Shown here: positions 46,267 to 50,188 of the stretch, piece by piece
Layout: every line of letters starts with the position of its first letter
Numbering within the stretch: position 1 is the stretch's first letter
Origin: an uncultured bacterium
Lineage (GTDB): Bacteria > Latescibacterota > Latescibacteria > Latescibacterales > Latescibacteraceae
Reading direction: 5' to 3'
Length of the DNA: 50,188 bases
Assembly: GCA_964456585.1 (NCBI GenBank)
Contig: CAYWBT010000004.1
Location: 1 to 50,188 of the forward strand
The notes under the pieces: generated by a model
What the model was told of the DNA's origin: nothing
The model's input: only the letters and a program-made list of their open reading frames with translations
The model's database searches: none
Program-made: the position numbers and the translations under genes

Positions 46267-47691
46267 CTACCTACGGGAGGATATGCGAATATCGTTTCCT
46301 GAAGATGAAGGAGCCCAAGCTGGTGAAAAACTTTTACTGTCTGTTGTCAAAGGACGAACATTTGACCCGTCCCAGTTCATGATGAATATATTCTTTCCCC
46401 CAAGCCTTGTTGACGAAAAAACGATCCGTAAACCGTCCGGCGACCAGCGGGGATTTTCATTTGATCCCTGGCCCGAGGTCAGGATGATCATGTCATCACC
46501 AGACGGGTTTGCCGTTGCGATATCAAACGATCGATCAAACATGACAACAAAGGCAATACGGTCGCCGCGTGGTGACCAGCATGGTGAACCTTCGTAAGCA
46601 TTCGTCATGGATGTCAGCCGATGCTGGTTCGTACCATCGCTGTTCATGACATAAACCACCGGCAGGCCCGCTCTATCGGAAGTGAACGCCAGCTGGCTTC
46701 CATCCGGCGACCATGTCGGAGAAGAATCGATCCGGTAATGGTTCGTGAGCCGCCTGAGATTTGTACCGTCCTTCTGGCAGGTGTATATCTCACTATTGCC
46801 ATCCCTATTCGATGAGAATGCGAGAACATCACTCTTTGAGGGATGCCATGATGGTGAGGTGTTCAATCCCGACCAGCGGGTAATATCCTGCGTCTGCCCG
46901 GTATTCAGATTGATCATCATGATCAACCAGCTGTTATTAATCAGTGACGAGAACGCAATGTTAGTACCATCGGCTGACCAACTCGGTGAGAGGTTCAATG
47001 TCTGGGTAAATGTCAGCTGACGCCGCTCACGTCCATCGGTCTCGATGAGGTATAGTTCGTTACTCTCCCCTCCATGTGGATAGAAAAAAGCCAGGTGTGA
47101 CGCCATGCTCCCCCGCACACCGGTGAACAATTCAATCATATCATCAACGATGACATGCGCGGTATACCAGGGGCGATTACTGTCTATGCTATACGCTTCA
47201 TGGAATATGGTAACCGTTGTCTTAAGGTCGACAAGGGTGACATCAACCGTATTCCCGTTCCCATTTTCGCCGAAGAGGTAGCATTGGGCACCGGTTGCCC
47301 GCCACTGCGCAAATAAACCGCCCGACAAAGTTCTCAGACTGTCATCGAGTGTCTTTACCTCGAAAAAGCCGCTCTCGTTGAGGTCACCGGTTATGGTATT
47401 TTTTACCGACTGCAGCAGGAGCGACTCATCTGTAACAATACCGGAACTGTCCGCTTCAACTGCGAAACCATCCACACCGACACCGAAGTACCCGGAGCTT
47501 CCCGCCCTGATGGACATACTTACTTCCGGCTGAGCAACGGCATCAGCTGTTACCTGCAGAAAAACAAAGCAAAACGCTAATAAAAAACAAAAATAATATG
47601 AAAGAGGCCTTTGTGCAACAAAATTCTCTATCCGATGTCTTTTATCAGTCGTTCGTGAAAATGAATTCAAGGTGTACTCCGAGGTTATCAT
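46267..47691 (-). CDS. tolB: Tol-Pal beta-propeller protein TolB
   Basis: N-terminal DL..SGFF motif and repeated PD40 motifs (SPSWS.DG, PTWSPDG, PRWSPDG); start uncertain. Confidence 0.93.
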   Translation of the reverse strand: MITSEYTLNSFSRTTDKRHRIENFVAQRPLSYYFCFLLAFCFVFLQVTADAVAQPEVSMSIRAGSSGYFGVGVDGFAVEADSSGIVTDESLLLQSVKNTITGDLNESGFFEVKTLDDSLRTLSGGLFAQWRATGAQCYLFGENGNGNTVDVTLVDLKTTVTIFHEAYSIDSNRPWYTAHVIVDDMIELFTGVRGSMASHLAFFYPHGGESNELYLIETDGRERRQLTFTQTLNLSPSWSADGTNIAFSSLINNSWLIMMINLNTGQTQDITRWSGLNTSPSWHPSKSDVLAFSSNRDGNSEIYTCQKDGTNLRRLTNHYRIDSSPTWSPDGSQLAFTSDRAGLPVVYVMNSDGTNQHRLTSMTNAYEGSPCWSPRGDRIAFVVMFDRSFDIATANPSGDDMIILTSGQGSNENPRWSPDGLRIVFSSTRLGGKNIFIMNWDGSNVRPLTTDSKSFSPAWAPSSSGNDIRISSRR

Positions 47692-48271
47692 TTTGATATT
47701 CTTTTGGAAGTGGGGGAAACGGATCAGTTCCGGTCACCGCTCTCTGGCACCCAAGATCAAACACCATATTGCCGGAGCTCTTTTCAACAAAAGCGCGTGT
47801 TATTTTTCCGTCCTTCCTGATCCGGAAGAACACCACTGTTTTAAATTGTTCATTCGCCGAGGGCGGCCGCCAGTTTTGTTCGATCTTATCGCGAATATCG
47901 AAAAGGTATTCCGGAAAATCAAATTGTGTGTCGACACGCATTCCCTTGGGTACAGTATTCCCGGATTTTGATGTGCCGGGTTTCGATGGCGACGTGCTCG
48001 ACCGCTTCACTGTCTGAGACTTTTTTCGGTGTTGCTGCGGCAGTACCTGGGACTTTGTTTGAATCTGGGGCACCTTAGATTTCCGCTCGTCCACAGCCTG
48101 TGCACGCTGGAGCAGGTTCGATATAGACTGAGAGGAAACGGTTTTTACACGGTATACATCGAAGGACCGCACCTTCGGTTTCTCCCCGAAAGTCGAAACG
48201 AAGAGCAGGCTTATGATCATTACACTATGGCCGACGCATGAAATGATGAGGTCCCTGAACATCTTTACCAA
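47645..48271 (-). CDS. tolA: TolA / TonB-C domain protein
   Basis: N-terminal TM with SxxxH (SCVGHS), short linker, C-terminal YLFDIRDKIEQNWRPP...SSGNMVFD...PFPPLP; between tolR and tolB. Confidence 0.8.
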   Translation of the reverse strand: MVKMFRDLIISCVGHSVMIISLLFVSTFGEKPKVRSFDVYRVKTVSSQSISNLLQRAQAVDERKSKVPQIQTKSQVLPQQHRKKSQTVKRSSTSPSKPGTSKSGNTVPKGMRVDTQFDFPEYLFDIRDKIEQNWRPPSANEQFKTVVFFRIRKDGKITRAFVEKSSGNMVFDLGCQRAVTGTDPFPPLPKEYQNDNLGVHLEFIFTND

Positions 48272-48286
48272 CCAGCCTTTACGGGA

Positions 48287-48694
48287 TTACTTCGCGTTAT
48301 CCCGTTTTCCATCCTCGACTACGAGACCGACATTTTCACCACCGAGCTTTTTCGTTTCACTGATAATATCCATGACATACTTATACTGAATTTCACCATC
48401 GGCGCGAATGAACACTGGCTCATGAGAACGGGTTTTCCATATTTCAGCCATTGTACTGGCGAACTCCTTGAGGTCGGTCTTTTCGCGGTCGATGTACACA
48501 GCCCCTTCTTTGGTTACCGAAATGATAATGCCTTCCGTTATTTTCGCCCGGGACACTTCTGCGGAAGGAAGATCGACGTCCACCCACTGATGTATCGTGG
48601 GTGCTGCCAGCATGAAGATAATCAAGAGAACCATCATGACATCAATGAGGTTTATCATTTTGAGCTCTGGTTTTACCGAACTTCTCCGTATCAT
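48287..48694 (-). CDS. tolR: TolR/ExbD family protein
   Basis: INLIDVMMVLLIIFML, VDLP, VFIRAD. Confidence 0.9.
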   Translation of the reverse strand: MIRRSSVKPELKMINLIDVMMVLLIIFMLAAPTIHQWVDVDLPSAEVSRAKITEGIIISVTKEGAVYIDREKTDLKEFASTMAEIWKTRSHEPVFIRADGEIQYKYVMDIISETKKLGGENVGLVVEDGKRDNAK

Positions 48695-49347
48695 GGTGTT
48701 GACTCCTGTGAAAGAACCGATGCCGCATATTCAGAGATGCGATCCAGATTATCCATGCATGAGTCGATTACGCCAGATAGCAGGTTGTGGCCGACGAGCG
48801 CGGGAATTGCGACGCACAGACCCGCAATGGTGGTGATGAGTGCTTCTGCAATGCCCGGGGCGACGATGTCGATACTCGCACCGCCTTTCTGGCTGATATT
48901 GATAAACGCGTACATAATTCCCCAGACTGTGCCGAGAAGCCCGAGCAGCGGGCTCACATTGGCAGTTGTCGCTAACATACCCATGCCCCTCTGCAGCTTG
49001 CCCATCTCGTGCATGGACGCGTTGTTGATGATCGCTTCAGGCGACTGGATGGTCCTTCCCTGCTTCTTAATCCTGAATATCTTGAGAAGAAGCACCGGCA
49101 TCGTCCGGGCAACTCCCTTGCTGAAATGGGTGCAACTGTCCTCGATCATCACGGAGCTGCTCTGGCTTGTCAGCGATTTCAAGAAGCGAGTTATTTCAGA
49201 CCGATATTTCCGTATATAGAGGTATTTATGAAAAATTATCGCCCATGAAATGATCGATATCATGAGCAGAATAAGAAGAATTGACTTGGTAAACAGACTC
49301 GATCCCAGTATGAGATTGAGAACGGTTGTTTCTACAGACGAGTTCAA
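48691..49347 (-). CDS. tolQ: TolQ/ExbB family proton channel protein
   Basis: SWAII, PLLGLLGTVWGIM, VAPGIAEALITT; probable TTG at 49347 after an AAGGA SD (ORF track extends to 49377). Confidence 0.92.
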   Translation of the reverse strand: MNSSVETTVLNLILGSSLFTKSILLILLMISIISWAIIFHKYLYIRKYRSEITRFLKSLTSQSSSVMIEDSCTHFSKGVARTMPVLLLKIFRIKKQGRTIQSPEAIINNASMHEMGKLQRGMGMLATTANVSPLLGLLGTVWGIMYAFINISQKGGASIDIVAPGIAEALITTIAGLCVAIPALVGHNLLSGVIDSCMDNLDRISEYAASVLSQESTP

Positions 49348-49394
49348 TCTCCATCCTTTCTTATACAATAATTTCAAAATAGCATAGATTGTTA

Positions 49395-49423
49395 ATTATA
49401 ATAAAAATATGAAAAAAATCCAA
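49395..49423 (-). promoter_or_regulatory. Sigma70-type promoter of the tol-pal operon
   Basis: Minus-strand TTGGAT, 17 nt spacer, TATAAT. Confidence 0.7.
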
Positions 49424-49864
49424 CTAAACTTTCACAAAATGTATTCCTTCTGCGCACACACTGATTGGTCGGTGCTGTCTCGGCTGGCGAATCGGCACAT
49501 AATTTTTTGGTAATCGCGAGCCGCACCCGTCTAGAGAACGATTATGTATTCGGACAGGTGCACTGCGAGATACAGCTTCAGTTTTGGTGTCGCCCGATAC
49601 CGTGGTTTTTCCTCCAGAGCAGCCAAACGATGATATGAAAGAACATAGAACCATACCCATACTCGCGATGGATCCTGCATATCCCGAATGACGAACGGTT
49701 GGGAAACAGCCATGGGCTCAGGATTTATGGAGAGTTGGCACCTTCATGTGTACTCAAGCTATAGACGCCCGGAATTACACTTTGGTTTATTCACCGGCTG
49801 CTGAGTTGGATACGATTATGCACTTCACATCGGGATGCAGGTGAAGACTTTTTCATACACCCCC

Positions 49865-49892
49865 TAAAGCTTTCCATTATTTTGTCCGATAA
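49865..49892 (+). promoter_or_regulatory. Putative sigma28 promoter (distal) upstream of flagellin
   Basis: TAAA-N16-TCCGATAA (consensus TAAA-N15/16-GCCGATAA). Confidence 0.55.
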
Positions 49893-50002
49893 CAGTGAAA
49901 GGAAGTCGATCAGTACGTGTTTGGTATGTCGTATAAAGAAGTAGGACGTATCCGGAAACATTTTACGTACTTTTTGAAGAGGAGGTGATTCAAAAACAAC
50001 TT

Positions 50003-50029
50003 TATACAGGCAGTGTATGCTGCCGATAC
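50003..50029 (+). promoter_or_regulatory. Putative sigma28 promoter (proximal) upstream of flagellin
   Basis: TATA-N15-GCCGATAC, 74 nt before the ATG. Confidence 0.55.
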
Positions 50030-50103
50030 GATGTATATGGTACCGTTAGTAATACACTTTCCGGCAAGAATGCCGAATTAATTCCTAGAAGAGGAGTAGT
50101 ATC

Positions 50104-50188
50104 ATGTCTATCAGTGACATTTCATTAACTTCCGGTATGCGGAAAAACCTCATCAGCCTTCAGGATACGGTCAGTCTCCTTGACCGGA
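50104..50188 (+). CDS. Flagellin, 5' fragment (runs off the window)
   Basis: Not in the ORF track. SD GAGGAG (50091), ATG at 50104, translation MSISDISLTSGMRKNLISLQDTVSLLDR, which resembles the I-x-L-x-x-G-M/V-R-x-N-L-x-S-L-Q flagellin N-terminus; sigma28-like promoters upstream. Confidence 0.75.
   Translation, partial: MSISDISLTSGMRKNLISLQDTVSLLDR

Noticed and set aside
49979-50088. Strong SD-like GAGGAGGTGA and a short GTG-started frame upstream of flagellin
   Set aside because: No start codon at proper spacing, and the frame overlaps the proximal sigma28-like promoter.

Overview
This window is a near-complete flagellar gene supercluster of a diderm bacterium. L/P-ring genes and Tol-Pal are present, and the gene mix (TIGR02530 protein, flbD, MotE/YlxF, an FlhB-C-only protein, a DksA with the HMADQGTD motif) points to a non-enteric, possibly FCB-group lineage, which is an inference. 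Gene order on the + strand is: small ORF, PAS histidine kinase, sigma54 response regulator (FlgS/FlgR-like); flgB, flgC, ORF, lytic transglycosylase; fliEFGHIJ; an antisense dksA; motE, fliK (996 aa, repeat-rich), flgD, TIGR02530 protein, flgE, flbD, motAB, fliLMNOPQR, flhBAFG, fliA, ORF; a second FliK-like gene, an FlhB-C-like gene and a GAF-DHp gene; flgFGAHIJNKL. A complete tol-pal operon follows on the - strand, and the 5' end of an atypical flagellin lies at the right edge. A three-tier regulatory layout is readable from the DNA: sigma70-type promoters, three consensus sigma54 promoters that share an upstream palindrome (GGAAW-N3-WTTCC), and sigma28-like promoters before the flagellin. 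The best leads are a two-hairpin RNA element between the TIGR02530 gene and flgE, a possible split kinase system (HK with H+1 Glu to Lys plus a GAF-DHp protein lacking the catalytic domain), the shared enhancer motif, a very long ruler FliK with in-frame tandem repeats, co-degenerate FlhF/FlhG motifs, and several small ORFs ending in FliK-like C-terminal tails. No rRNA, tRNA, CRISPR array or mobile element was seen. All calls come from motif recognition and synteny; no database searches were run.
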